Shown here piece by piece: positions 26,833-40,399 of a DNA stretch of 64,000 nt. The notes below the pieces were generated by a model. That model saw only the letters and a program-made list of their open reading frames with translations, did no database searches and had not been told where the DNA came from. The position numbers and the translations under genes are program-made. Origin of the DNA: Octopus bimaculoides (Eukaryota); NCBI RefSeq assembly GCF_001194135.2, contig NC_068984.1, forward strand, positions 20,228,862-20,292,861, written 5' to 3'. Position 1 is the stretch's first letter; each line of letters opens with the position of its first letter.

Positions 26833-27207
26833 TGTTGTTGTTGTTGTTACTCCGTCGCTTACGACGTCGAGGGTTCCAGTTGATCCAATCAATGGAACAG
26901 CCTGCTCGTGAAATTAACGTGCAAGTGGCTGAGCACTCCACAGACACGTGTACCTTTAATGTAGTTCTCAGGGGATATTCAGCGTGACACAGTTGACTTG
27001 GCTGACCCTTTGCATTACAGGCACAACAGAAACAGGAAGTAAGAGTGAGAGAAAGTTGTGGTGAAAGAGTACAGCAGGGTTCGCCACCATCCCTTGCCAG
27101 AGCCTCGTGGAGCTTTAGGTGTTTTCGCTCAATAAACACTCACAACGCCCAGTCTGGGAATCGAAACCGCTAGTCCGCTGCCCTAACCACTGGGCCATTG
27201 CGCCTCC
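26833..27207 (-). mobile_element. tRNA-derived SINE with (AAC)n tail
   Basis: A box TGGCCCAGTGG, B box GGTTTCGATTCC, 3' hairpin CGTCG-TAAG-CGACG, then (AAC)n. Confidence 0.85.
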
Positions 27208-28302
27208 ATTCCACCTTTGATACATACATATATATCAACCAATGTTTTGTGAAGTTGGTAGGTAGAAACTGTACAATGCTTGTTGTGTGTGTACATGTGG
27301 CAGTTTTACAGCTGGATGCTCTTTATGTCATCAACTCCTCTTGTTTCCAAGTGAAGTAGTAAACTTCCAGTCTGTCAAATCACAACAAACAGCCTGGACA
27401 TGTTTTAAGCTGAGATTTGGAAACAAATGGCATTGATTGAATGCACTATTTATGAAGATTGCATGACATGTCTAGAAGCCCAGACATGCTTTAGTGGTGG
27501 ACTGCAAGCAAATGACATGGTCAAGAAGCTACTGTTTACAAACCAGTGAATGTAAGGAAAGGCGTCAATCTGTAGAAACCATGCCAAAACAGACACTGAA
27601 GATCAATGCAGTCCCCTGGCTTATTGGATCCTTTCAAACCATCCATTTCATGCTAGCCTGGGAAAAGGGGCAGTAAATGATGGAGTGATTGCACATACAC
27701 ACAGAATGGGTTCTTTCAGTTTCCATTTACTAAATCCACTCACATAGCTTTTGTTGGCACAGGGCTGTAGTAGATGACAGTTACCCAAGGTGCCATACAG
27801 TGGAACTGAACCCAAAACAACATGGTTGGAAAGTGAATTTCTCGATCATGCAGCCATGTCTGCAACATCACCCTTTCTTATTGTAATATCTTTGTACTGT
27901 TGACACTGCTCTTCTGTTTGTTCTCTTTACCAACAACCAATATGGCCTCCAGTACTACTAAACACACACACACATATATAACCATATTACATATATATAA
28001 CCACTGCAGAGTGGTTGGTGTTAGGAAGGGCACCCAGCCATAAAAATCCTGCCAAAACAGTAGCATAGGGTAGTTTTTCTACCTGGCCAGCTCCTGTGAA
28101 CCATCCTACCTATGCACGCATGGAAGATGTACATTAAACAATGATGTTATATATAACACCATACTACATATATATATGTGTTTATTGTATTTCTGTGAAC
28201 CTCTATATTTTGTGTGTTACTACCACCACTCTCCATCCTATGTATTTAATCATCAAAACATTCAAGTATTGCTGGGTTTTTTTTGTTTTCTTGATAGATT
28301 AA

Positions 28303-28515
28303 CCCTTTTGATACAAACCCAGCTGAAACTGCTTCTGGTTCTGTAGTACAAATGTCTTGTTTTCATAAATTTTGAATTAAAATCTTCCACCAAACCTTAG
28401 TCACAATTTATGTTCCTAACACTAGCTTGATAATTCAGTTATTTTACTAAATTCTTTGTTATATTTAAAATTAATTGAAAGAAACACAGAGCATTTCAAT
28501 ACAGTACCAAAAGGG
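28303..28515. mobile_element. piggyBac MITE family A
   Basis: TTAA|CCCTTTTGATAC...GTACCAAAAGGG|TTAA; an older inverted copy lies at ~35952-36170. Confidence 0.85.
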
Positions 28516-29749
28516 TTAAAGTGACCTTTCTGGTAACTCAGATGCTAATGTTGCAATTAGAATAATAATTTCTATGAAAGGTTATAAAGAATTTGTTCCT
28601 ATTTTTGTATCAATCTGAAATAATATATTAGAAAACTGGTCACATGTATAATAGAGTTTTTGTTTTTCATTCAATAACGTTAATACTGGGGTAAATATTT
28701 TTTTAGATTATATACCTGTATTGGAGGAAGTAGATGCATGCCTATGTGCTTTTGTTAAATTTAAGTTAATTGTTTGTGAAACTGATAAACTTTATCTGAG
28801 TCCAGAGACCGAATAAAGAGCTTGCTTCCCAACCATCTGGTCTTGTGTTCAGTCCCACTGTATGGCACCTAGGACTAGTGTCTTTTATTTTAGCCATGAG
28901 TTAACCAGCCTTATGAGTGGATTTGGTAGACAGAAACTGAAAGAAGCCTGTCTATCTGTGTGTGTATTTTTGCATGTGCCCTTGTCTAGATGTCATGAGA
29001 GGGTTATGAACGAGCATCATTGTCATGTCTACCTATGGGAAAATATTGCCTTGTGTGGAGATACGTGAAGATTGATGATTAGCTATTAGTGACAGAAACA
29101 ATCTTTGTAATGAATGTAATATATTTGTACATCCAACTTAACTTGGATGTGTTGTGCAAATACCATAAGCTGCAGTAATCTTCCTCAGATATCATCACAT
29201 AGACGTATAGTGCTAAAATGCACAGATTATATCAGCAAATGGAATTTCGTCTGTACCAGTGTTCGGACTGTTGTATTATGTGATTTCAGCATATTTTCCC
29301 ATAATTCAAATTAATATTCATTACAAATACTGCTTCCGTTGCTTATAGAATTGTTATACAGAGCCTGTCAGCTTTTTGTGATATCACTGACTATCTAGTC
29401 AGTGTTAAACTATATTAGTTTGATGAGATTTCAGCCCAGCATTCCCTGTTTAGGTGTCTATTGCTGATGGTTTGAAAATACACTGAAATCACAATACAAT
29501 AGTCCTAACACTGGTGCTGATGAAGTTTCATCTGCTGATACAATCTGATTTTTTAGCATTATTCGTCAATACAAGATGATCTCTCAGAATGATTGCTGCA
29601 GTTTATGGTGTTCACACAGCTCATCCAAGTTAAAGTTTGATGTACAACGTCCATGCCAATGCCACGTGAGAAGCACCCATACTGGTGCCATGTAAAAAGC
29701 ACCCAGTACACTCTGTAAAGTGATTGGTGTTTTATGTCTTGTTACCAAA

Positions 29750-30250
29750 TAGCTATATACTTTTTCCACTCTCTTCCACAAGTTCCTTTCACTTGGATCA
29801 CTTAGCTCCTCTTTACCCAGTTTTAATCCTCCATAGTATCACATGTCTATTCCAGCACAGTCTTTCCTCTTGCACACTGTGTGTAATACCTCTTATACTC
29901 AGTTTTTCTTTCAGCTCATTTGTGCTTTGCTGTTTATGAGCACTAACATAACATATCAAGTAGAACATACTTGCTTGATATCTTTCCAACCTTTATACAT
30001 CCCCTATATTCAAAACGATAATAAAGCGGAAGTGATGTATACCAGTGATTATCCCTGTCGGTTCAGCTGTTTTCTTTATTCTGTATCCTTAGTTGAGCTT
30101 TTGACCATATTGCTGTCAATTATTTTAGTAGCTATCCACTGTTTGTATCTGGTGAAGTCTTCTATGCATTCTCCTCATTCAGCAACCTCTCGTAACAACA
30201 CTTCTTTACCTCTTTCTTCTTGGGTTAGTGAGGGTAAATGAGCCATTATC
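29750..30250 (-). mobile_element. Degenerate RTE ORF2 C-terminal fragment
   Basis: Reverse complement aligns by eye to 10505-10740. Confidence 0.6.
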
Positions 30251-30262
30251 ATTCCATAAGAT

Positions 30263-30470
30263 TCATCATCATCATCATCATCGTCGTTTATTGTCCGCTT
30301 TCCATGATAGCATGGGTTGGACGATTTGACTGAAGACTGGTGAAACCAGATGGCTACACCAGGCTCCAATCTGATCTGGCAGAGTTTCTACAGCTGGATG
30401 CCCTTCCTAACGCCAACCACTCCGAGAGTGTAGTGGGTGCTTTTACGTGCCAGTCAGGCGGTACTGGTGG
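30263..30470 (-). mobile_element. RTE 3'-tail copy in ZW10 intron 3 (antisense)
   Basis: (CAT)n plus the reverse complement of the family; further copies near 37289-37430, 37690-37800, 45261-45440 and 52700-52875. Confidence 0.85.
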
Positions 30471-30603
30471 CCTGGATATTTTTTGTTAAACTATTCCATT
30501 ATTGTTACATTAACTTTGGTAATTATATATTTGAAATCTGTTAGCCATATCTTAAAAGATACATCAGCAAACGTAACATACATCAACAAATATGAATATT
30601 TAA

Positions 30604-30819
30604 CCCTTTAGCATTCAAATTATTCTGTCAGGTGTAATCCTTATGTATTCAGTTTTCAATTAATCAAGCATTATCTCTTAGCTTTGAGATTCTGATGATT
30701 TGATTGTTTATTTTTAGAATGACATTGTAGGATAGGTGTGATAGGTCAGAGATAGCTGGTTTGAATGTAAATCTAATAGAACATTTGGCCTAGATGTGGC
30801 CTGTTTACATGCTAAACAG
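30604..30819. mobile_element. piggyBac MITE family B
   Basis: TTAA|CCCTTTAGCAT...ATGCTAAACAG|TTAA. Confidence 0.8.
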
Positions 30820-31045
30820 TTAAGACCAAATTAGAATTATAAATATTAACATCAATAGCTCAGTATAAACATTAATTTCAAACAAAACTGCTTTAATTAT
30901 TTAGAATCTGTTATTTAAAGGATTAATTTGTAAACTTTTGAATGTATAAAATGTTTCTGAATCTACTTAATATACAAAGTTTTATGTATTTGTTATTCTT
31001 TAAAAGATTTCTTTTACTGATATGTCTATATTTTGTTTTTTGTAG

Positions 31046-31221
31046 TGAATCTGTTGTGAAGCTAATAACATTATCTTATGAAACCCTCACAGAAGCTGTA
31101 TCCAGTTCTGCTCCATGTGCCATTAAGATGTTTTATGCTGTGCGAAATATATTTGAGTTATTTTGTTGTGTTTTTCCTACTTACCACAAACAACGTTTGA
31201 CCACTTTACCACAATTAACTG
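31046..31221 (+). CDS. ZW10: ZW10 exon 4
   Basis: ttgtag|T GAA TCT...ACT G|gtagga; SESVVKLITLSYETL...FYAVRNIFELFCCVFPTYHKQRLTTLPQL matches ZW10; phases consistent. Confidence 0.95.
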
Positions 31222-33913
31222 GTAGGAATCATTTTTACATTTTCCTTACAGTCTTGTAGTACTAATGGTTGAAAAAAATAATAGTAAGATCACATAGATG
31301 ATGGTGCCAGTTAGAACTGCAATAAATGTTGTAGAGTTTGAATCTGTGTCATGGTGTGGTCTCAAGGCTGTATTATTTTTAGTAAAGTATTTCTTATCTC
31401 AATCATATTTTACTGTTTCATAGAAGTTTACATATTGTCTCATAGAATTGAAAGGATGTTTGAAAGATCACAATATTAAGAACCCAGAAATATAAACAGA
31501 TATTTTGGTTGGGTACTCGATATTTTCATATTTCTACTGAGAACTAATTGATCTGCATTTCTAAAAAGCATTCGATTTTGGTTGACCTTCAAAAATTTAA
31601 CTTAAAAAGTGTTTTTCATTGTACAACACAACTATGAATGAATCATTTAGGTCTGTGAGTTTTGGTTGCATGTAAGATGTGGAGAGACATTCCCAAGACA
31701 TGCCTAACTGTTTCTCATCGGTCAGGGATGAAGAATAGGTGTTGGTAGGAATAAAGTAGTTAGCGTAGAACTGTCAGAGCTCTGCCTAGTCATGTGACTA
31801 AAAGTGCAGTAGAGATGGGAAGGTATGGAAGAGTGTAAATGTGATTAAACACTTGAACTGCCAGTTATGTTCAGAGACAGTGATGGTCTGGTAGAGGCTG
31901 GTTTTGAAGGTCCATTGCTTTGCAATTATAAATTAGATATAAATACATGCCAGACATTGTTTTTAAAAACAGTATCATCACAAAAGCAACATCAATCTGC
32001 ACACATCCTAGCAAGTAGCACCATATATACTATCAAATGTTTCCAGAATCTGTGCAGACACTGAGTTATAGACTTCAGTGAACATTCAGGAATTTTTTTT
32101 TTTTTTTTTGTCACTAAATGCAATAACAATAATAAAAAGAATAATAAGAGGACAGATGCCATGAAACTTCAATCAAGTATTGAAAACAATGGTAGCGGGA
32201 GAAAAAGAGGGACAGATCTGTTATTGACAGTAAGAGGTAATGTGTGGAAAATCTATAAATAGATTCAGTAGAAGTTAAAAATTTTCTTAACACCTGAATG
32301 AAATAATAGCTTTTAGATTTCCTTTCAGTTTCCATTTTCTGTTTTGAGTTCTTTCATTTTATACTGCTTCTATTTGAAGTAACACTTCTCTGTTCAAAAT
32401 TTGAATATGTAATTAAATTCTGATTGTCTATGTGTGTGTGTACATGTCTATGAAATCATGAGTACATAAATTGTTCTATCCACTTCTATTCTCTTCATAT
32501 TGTAAGTCAATTAATCAAAAATATAGTTTAGATGCCTGATGAATTCGTAAACAAACCATACTCATAAAACTGTGTGTGGCAATGCTTTATTTTTGACTAG
32601 TCTTAACTCAGCCTTAATCACAACCACAGAGATAACTAATTAATCATTTCAGAACAATTCCAGGTCCTGCACATTGGATAAACTGCAATTGTATTTTGCA
32701 TTCCATCATATACAGGATTGTAGAGTACAGTGGTCAGGATAAGTTCTATACAGTCTGTTGACCAGTGATTTGGTTTCTATCCAATTAGAATGAGATTCTA
32801 AAGGAAGTACACATGCTTGATTCAGTGTGTTCTAGTCTGGGTTCTTCTGGATTTATTGTTAAGAGTAACCCTGCACTGATTCTGTGTCTGCAGAAAAGAA
32901 AATAAGTGATGAGGGAGAGGTTTCAATAATATTATTGAGAAAGACACAGGTGTCTCTTGATGAAGTGTTGTTAGTTTGTATCTTTTCACTTAGTCCTATA
33001 CTAGAAGTTAGAAATATAAACTATTTGGTAGTGATATATTTAACTATCTTAGAAAGCAACTATTAGTTTAGTAATTTACCATGCCATCTCATATGTCAAT
33101 AAAAAGATAGCAATTAGTGTCATTAATATTTCGATATCTCTTTTCCATACTGGCATGGATTGATAGGATCTGCAATGCAACATCTCAATCCAGCGTCTTC
33201 TTGTCTCTCAAGCATTTCTTCTGCCACAGGTACTCTCTACACCAAAAATTCATTGTAATTTTCACCTCAGCATCTAAATTATGCAATTGTTTCTCCTACA
33301 TACAATGCAAAATGCTTCTGATACCCAGCTACTTGCTCAAGCCACTTATGATCAGTTCTTTTTTTTTTCTTATTTTTCCTTATAAATTTATTTTGCACAT
33401 GAATACTTGGCTCACTCCATTCTCATCATTCTGTTTCCTTCTGCACTCACTAACTTGTTTGGCACCACACTTCATGTGATACCTTGAGTTTACCTTTTAT
33501 ACAAAAGAAGAAATCAATTTATAATTATATTTCTCACTTGCTATCATTATTATTATAATAGTGAGGATGCAATATATTAGTAAGTTTTCAGCAAACTATC
33601 TGAGTTCTGACATTCGTTTTCATTTGGAATTGTTTAATTTCCTTTATATTGCCATTATCCTTGAGAAAGTATGTTGTCACATTCTATATCTGATCCTCTA
33701 AAATTCTTAAGCCTCATCTCGTATGGAAAACAATAATTAATAATGTTGGTTGAATGGCAGTTTCCCACACCTAAGATAAATATTTACCTAACTTTCACTG
33801 GTGTAGCATTAAGATTGACACAATGTGTAACAGAACATAGTTTCGTTTTAGAGAGTTGATGATATTTTGTGTATTTGAATCCTAAACTTTTAAAATATTT
33901 TGTTATATTGTAG

Positions 33914-34123
33914 CCATCCACTACAACAATTGTATGTACATATCTCATCATCTTATGCTCCTTGGGCCTCAATTCAGTCGTATGCTACCACCTCCACTGT
34001 GTGAGGGTGCAGGTACATTCATGGACCTAATTCAGAAAATCCGTTCGATTGGAACAGGAGATTTGTTGCAACAAATGGCAACACAAAGAAAGGATATTCT
34101 TGAATGCCTTAGCTCTGCTGCAG
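33914..34123 (+). CDS. ZW10: ZW10 exon 5
   Basis: ttgtag|CC ATC CAC TAC AAC AAT TGT...GCA G|gtaaag; AIHYNNCMYISHHL...LCEGAGTFMDL matches ZW10. Confidence 0.95.
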
Positions 34124-34864
34124 GTAAAGTTTTTATAAATTTATATGAACATTTTCTGATATTTTTTATTTTTTAATTTTTCTTTTAATCAATGTATGTT
34201 TCTGTATAAATATATATATATAAATTATAAAACGGATCTGTTTTAGAATTTCCAACCATGAGTTTTCTGCTGAGTATTCTACAGACTTGTATACTCCCTT
34301 AACATAATTCTCAGGTAGAATCAGTAGGATCTTTGAATCAATTTCTTTTATATTTGTCATTAGACTGTGATTATGCTGGGGCGCTGTCTTCAAGAATTTG
34401 TAGTCAAATATATAGACTCCAGTTCTTTTTTTTTAAAAGACTAGTACTTATTCTATCATCTTCTTTTTAACAAACCTCTAAGTTATAGGGACATAAACAC
34501 ACCAACACTGGTTGTCAAGTGGTGGTGGGGCAGACACACATATATACATACACAACTGGCTTCTTTCAGTTTCTATCTACCAAATCCACTCACATGGCTT
34601 TGGTTGATCCGAGGCTATGGTAGAAGGTATTTGCCCAGGTGCCATACTGTGGGACTGAACCCAGAACCATGTGATTGGAAAGCAAGCTTCTCACCACACC
34701 TGTGTCTTTTTATGCAATTTCTTTTGCAGTGACACACACACAAACACTGGTCATTGATTTAATAATAATGATCAGAAGTGGGGAATACTTGATGTCACTT
34801 TTGTGTGATTCTTTTTGATATTTATATTTTCTTCTTTATATCTCTGGATGTTTTTAAATTCTAG

Positions 34865-34999
34865 GATTTGTTTCCATTTCTGATGAAAGAAACCGTTTTT
34901 CTGCTGAGCGCTCTATTAAGCAAGTTGTCTACAAGCTGAACCACCTAAAAACTGTATGGGAAGACATTCTTCCTCCTAATATCTACTTCAAAGCTATGG
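34865..34999 (+). CDS. ZW10: ZW10 exon 6
   Basis: ttctag|GA TTT...GCT ATG G|gtttgt; KQVVYKLNHLKTVWEDILPPNIYFKAMG matches ZW10 ([28 protein letters not shown]). Confidence 0.95.
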
Positions 35000-35153
35000 G
35001 TTTGTAATATTATTTACTTATTTATTCTTATCTTTCTGATGTGCTATCTTATAATTTAGTTCTTAACATTTTGATTTTTTTAACTTCTAAATTTGTTCCT
35101 TCATTTTTTCTAATTTTAAATATAAGAATTATTTTTTTTATCCCCATTTATAG

Positions 35154-35536
35154 GTACACTTATAAACTGTGTCTTGGTGGAAATGATTAGCAGCATCATA
35201 AATTTAGTGGACATAAGTGCAGAAGAAGCCAGTCACCTACATCAACTGCTTTGTCTTTTGAATGAGAAAGCTGAACCATTGTTTTGTACGAAACATAATG
35301 CTGATTCAAGTAACAATGCTCATGTCAAAATTGAGTTACAACGGAACATTCCTAGCTGGATGAAGTTTAAAGAACTCATTTTTGTTCTTAATGCCAATTT
35401 ACAAGAAATTTCTGACCGGTGGGCTGATGGCAAAGGCGTTTTAGCACATGAGTTTTCAAGTAATGAAATGAAACTGTTGATTCAAGCTCTATTTCAAAAT
35501 ACTGACAGACGAGCTGCTGTGTTATCTCGATTATAG
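35154..35536 (+). CDS. ZW10: ZW10 exon 7 (last coding exon, TAG stop)
   Basis: ttatag|GT ACA CTT...; WMKFKELIFVLNANLQEISDRWADGKGVLAHEFSSNEMKLLIQALFQNTDRRAAVLSRL* is the conserved ZW10 C-terminus. The seven exons sum to 2286 nt, in frame. Confidence 0.95.
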
Positions 35537-38209
35537 TTCCTTAGTTAATTATAACAACTGTAGCTTTAAAAGTATGGGACTTGCAGACTTCTGTTAGTTA
35601 CATGTCACATGTTACTGAACTTCTCTGAAGATTTTCACCTGTGACTTTCATCCTTCCTAACATATTTTGTCTGTCATATCTGTTTGCTATCTCTCTTTCT
35701 CTCTCTCTCTCTCTTTCCATACACACACAAACACTACATACACTCTGTCAGAAAATAAAGAAGGGATGATCACAGCAAGAAATGCTTTTGATTGTAGGTC
35801 TGCTTAACCTGGATCTAAACAACAACAATAACAACACATTGTTTCTTTGTTGTCTTGACTTGCAATGTCTGGCTTGCACACCTCAGAAAATAGTATGGGC
35901 TGTATTTAGTGGGGAAAGTGCTGTGAGATGCAATAGATTTTCAACTCGAGCCTTTTGTGACCATATTTCTGTTGAAATACACTGCCTTTGTTTCATTTAA
36001 TTTTTAAAATATTGAATTTTTTGAAAAAAATAACTGTTATTAAAGCTGGTGTTTGGAACATAAATTAACAATGGAATATTGAGGGAAAGTTTAAATTTAG
36101 ATCACTTTAAAACAGGAAATTTGTATCATAGAACCAGGGAGTTTTGGATAGGATGGCATCGAAAAGGGTTCAGTAAACTAATTATAAATTAAGAGGAATA
36201 TTTTGTGGGGTTATTCCTTAGCTTGCTTATATCATTTATACATTTTTCACAGGCTACATACAGAGTCTCAGTGGTGCTACATGTCTTGTAGGCCTGTTTT
36301 ATATATATGTACATGTATTTCTCTTTCAATCTGCTTGTCTATATTAACCTTTGCAGATGTAAATTGAATACTCTCTTCCTTGTCTAAAGCAGATATTGCA
36401 TCCATTCATATGATAATGGACTTCATTATTAAATAAAGGCTAATTTTAGTGTAAATAATTTCTGGAAAATTGGGTGACTTTTCAGTTTTAATATATTTTA
36501 GCCTCTCTTACATTTGGTTTTTATTTTATTTATGCATAAGCACTTTCATATCTTCTCACAGTCTCTCTCTCTCTCTCCTCTGACAGTATTTCTCGCAAAT
36601 GTATACAAAATTTCTTCCCATATTAATTCTACAGTTTGTACATTAACAGAAACATTTTATATATAAATATATATATAAATACAAATTTTTTTATATTTAT
36701 CCTTGCTGACTTTTTTTCTATAAATAGTATAAAAAATTGTTTATATCCAATTGACTTCTTGTTATTTGCTGTGGAATAAACATTCTATTTCCTTAAATTT
36801 TTTTTTTTTTTTTGTAATTTCCTCAAAGTTAATTTGCAAGGTTTGCAAATCAGTAAAACAAAAAGCACTTACAACCTCAACTATAGTAATATTTTATCTT
36901 ACTGGAGTTGGTCCAACATTTACTTTGTTTCGAGAAAAAAATATAACTGCTCCATCACAAAATTAAACCTAAAGTTGTCAAAACACTGGTTAAACATCAA
37001 TAGAATCAATAGACAGATGGATGTACTTACGAATATAAAATACAATGTGAACATGAATGGAAACAACGAATTCAGATAAAAATCTATTATGATTTAGTTT
37101 TGTAGTCTTATTGATTATCATAGTATTTCAGAACAAGTTTGTAGCATTGTGCCAATGTGAAAAAACAATATTAGAAGAATGACTGTAAAGAAGAGAGAAA
37201 ATATTAGGAGACTGAACCCAAAACCATTTGGATACAATACAAAGTTTTTCCCATGCAGTCACAACTGCACTTACATGTGTGTGTGTGTCTTCATCATCGT
37301 CATCATTTGATGTCCACTTTCCATGCTGGCATGGGTTGGACGGTTCTATTAAAGCCTACTAAGTAGAAAACCTCACAGGCTTCAGTGTCTATTTTGGCAT
37401 GGTTTTTACAACTGGATGCCCTTCTCACACACACACCCTTTGATTTTTAATTTACAAAACGGTTGCAGTAACAACGTTCTCTATTATTAATGAATATTCT
37501 TCGAATCCATAGAGATTTCTGATGCTGATATTAAAAAAGGTTATAACAGGCATGCTGGGGGAGACACTTGGTGTTGAAATGGTAAGAAATAAAATTCTTT
37601 CTTAAAAGAATGTTTTGTAACAGGGGTGATGAAATGCTAACATTTGGGTATTCAATATAGATTTGTTTGCTTTCACAGAAGAAAATCTCCAATAGTTAGT
37701 TGAGGGAGGATCAGATTGGAGCCTGCTGCAGCCAACTGGCTTGCCAGTCCACCCAGTCAAACCGTCCAGCCCATGCCAGCATGGAAAACAGATGATGATG
37801 AGGTTGGGATAAGTAAGCCTCAATGTGGTTGCCAAGTCTATTTGAAATAAATTCTCTGCAGTATGCACCATTACTCTCTTAGAAGCTATACAATGAAATA
37901 TTGTGGTCTTGGGATCTGCGAAATTTTTTTCTAACCCCCCAAGAAGCTTTTTCAAATTCAAAGTTATGTCATTTTAACCAGTTGGAAGCCTCTATTACTG
38001 CTGTATCAGAAGTCACAATTGTCTGTTTCTATGGGAATAGAATTTTACCATTATGTATTTCCAGTCTGAGTGCAGCAAATAGGATTTGTCTTAAACACAA
38101 GACTGATTTTCTTTTGCTTTAAAATGAGCTCCTTGGCGGTGAGTTGTGTTATTCTGTTGGAGAATATGAAGACAGAGGAAGAAGCTTTTTTTTTTTTTTC
38201 AGAAGTGTT

Positions 38210-38620
38210 TTACCAAAGGAGATGTAACAGAAATAACATGCTATGAGCATGCAACTACACCACTGAAGTATGTATTGTCACTGTACAAAAGTGCCATGAG
38301 TATGTCCCCATTAGAAAAACACGTGGATGGAAAAGGGCACTCTTAGGAATGGCATTCTGTTTTTTGTGAAGAGGAATTAGGAATCGGCTGCACCACACCT
38401 GTTGATTACAACAATTATTTATGAGAAACGTGCAAAGGATTTACTCAACAATCCATTAAATAATGGTGGTTTCAGCAGAATTGTTGAAATAGATGAAGCA
38501 GTATCTTTGAAGTGATAATACAGCATAGGTAGAATGTTACCTAGACAGTGGGTTGAACTTACCCCAGATAGTCATACTGTAAATGCTAACCTTTACGCTC
38601 AACTGCAGCAAGTATATGAT
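38210..38620 (+). mobile_element. Degenerate Merlin/ISXO2-like transposase, catalytic-start region
   Basis: NNPLNNGGFSRIVEIDEAVSLK**YSIGRMLPRQWV (IVEIDE at 38480-38497) matches the Merlin GG.G.IVEIDES..KRKY..GR....WV motif. Confidence 0.65.
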
Positions 38621-39565
38621 ACTTTGAAAGCCTGCTACATAGTATTGACAATGTCCTAGCACACATAGCCAATATGACCAAGTGCAAACTTGAGGGGCTG
38701 TAAGTGCTGCCTCACTCAGCTTACAGTCCAAACCTTGTACCATAGATTACCACCTTTTCCAAACAATGGCTCATTTCTTGCATGCATAGGTTTATATAAA
38801 TACGTATGCATATGTGTATATATATATATATACACACACACACATATATATACCTATGAATATATATATATATATATATATACACAGATATTTATATATG
38901 TAGATGGTTTTATATATATATATATATGAAAGCATTGTGAATAGATCTGGACAGAAATTGAAAAAAGACCGTGTGTGTGTGTGTGTGTGAGAGAGAGACA
39001 GTTTGTTTTACTGTCCCCTTGCCCAATCTGCCATGTAAACATGTATGGGCATGGTGAAATATTACTTGTAAATAGGCGAGGGTTGGCGACTGGAAGGGCA
39101 TCTAGCCATACAAAATGCCAGATCCATGCGAGCATGGAAGAGTGGATGATTCATACATATATATATATTCAAGATTAAATAAAAAGACAACAAACGGAAA
39201 ATATGACATACCTATATATATATATATATAATTTTTAAAAAACGTGTAGTAAATAAGCAAACAAACATATACTAAATATACAGACGAACAAAAAATACAG
39301 AAGGTCACTAACTCTTCATCAGTTATTAGCCAGAGGGTCAAATGCAATTTCTGCCATTATCGATAAGATTGCTTCCATTCTGGAGGCACCAGCAAGAAAC
39401 TTGCCGACATGAGACCAAAACGAGAACGGCTCGAGATGAGGTCATTAGTGGATGGACGAGGAACAAAACAATAAACAGAGTAAAGGGTTCATATTTAAAA
39501 AAAAATTTATGGGGTAGGGTACAAAAGGAATATATATATATAGCGTACATATATAGCCAGATGTA

Positions 39566-39610
<45 letters not shown>

Positions 39611-39944
39611 NNNNNNNNNNNNNNNNNNNNNNNNNNNNNNNNNNNNNNNNNNNNNNNNNNNNNNNNNNNNNNNNNNNNNNNNNNNNNNNNNNNNNNNNNN
39701 NNNNNNNNNNNNNNNNNNNNNNNNNNNNNNNNNNNNNNNNNNNNNNNNNNNNNNNNNNNNTTTTTTTTTTTGTTTTTTTCGTTGTTTGAAAAAAAAGTTC
39801 GTTTTCTATATTTTTGTTTTTTATGTTCTCGTTTCTCATTTTGTTCACGTTTTTTTGACGTCCTGTACCCATATATGCATGTATATATACATATATATGT
39901 ATGTACATATATGTATGTATATATTATTTATATATATATATATA

Positions 39945-40225
39945 TATATATCGGAGTAAGTACATAAATGTGCAACAAGGTGGAAAAAGGAGTACTCAAA
40001 TACCAGAGGCAGAGTAATATGCTTTATTTAAAAGCAGCAGAAATATGACAAAAAAACTGTTACTCGGAGTTTCACGTTCCCGTTCATCGGACAGTTTTGT
40101 TAGAAATGGGGTTTTTTTCCCCATACATTCATTGAGGCCGATATTGTCACCCGAGACGTTACAACCTTATCTGATTCTGTGTATATGCATATATCTACTG
40201 GATTGCGGACATTTATCAATGGTTT
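39945..40225 (-). mobile_element. Short CpG-rich repeat carrying the hammerhead, abutting (TA)n; probable Penelope-like pLTR or retrozyme-like fragment
   Basis: Non-coding CpG-retaining segment ending in a (TA)n array, with AATAAA downstream of the ribozyme on the minus strand. Family assignment is inference; the 40225 boundary is approximate. Confidence 0.45.
40053..40098 (-). ncRNA. Minimal type-I hammerhead ribozyme fold (U4C core variant)
   Basis: Minus strand: AAAACUGU-CCGAUGA-ACG(GGAA)CGU-GAA-ACUC(C)GAGU-A^ACAGUUUU. 8-bp helix I, 3-bp helix II, palindromic helix III, GUA cleavage triplet. Confidence 0.7.
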
Positions 40226-40399
40226 CTCTCATAGTATTAATAATGCTATTTTCTTTCATTAATAAAACGACGCCGATATGCTAGTATTTATAATGTTAAA
40301 AGGGAAACTTTACTTTTCTACACTTTCACTTTCTTAGAAAATGAAATACTATTCTACTTCCGTATGAAGGTGTTTAGTCATTTCTCTAACTTCACGATT

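Noticed and set aside
26833-27207. tRNA genes suggested by A/B boxes (also 49067)
   Set aside because: No complete cloverleaf or acceptor stem; the heads continue into SINE bodies and tails.
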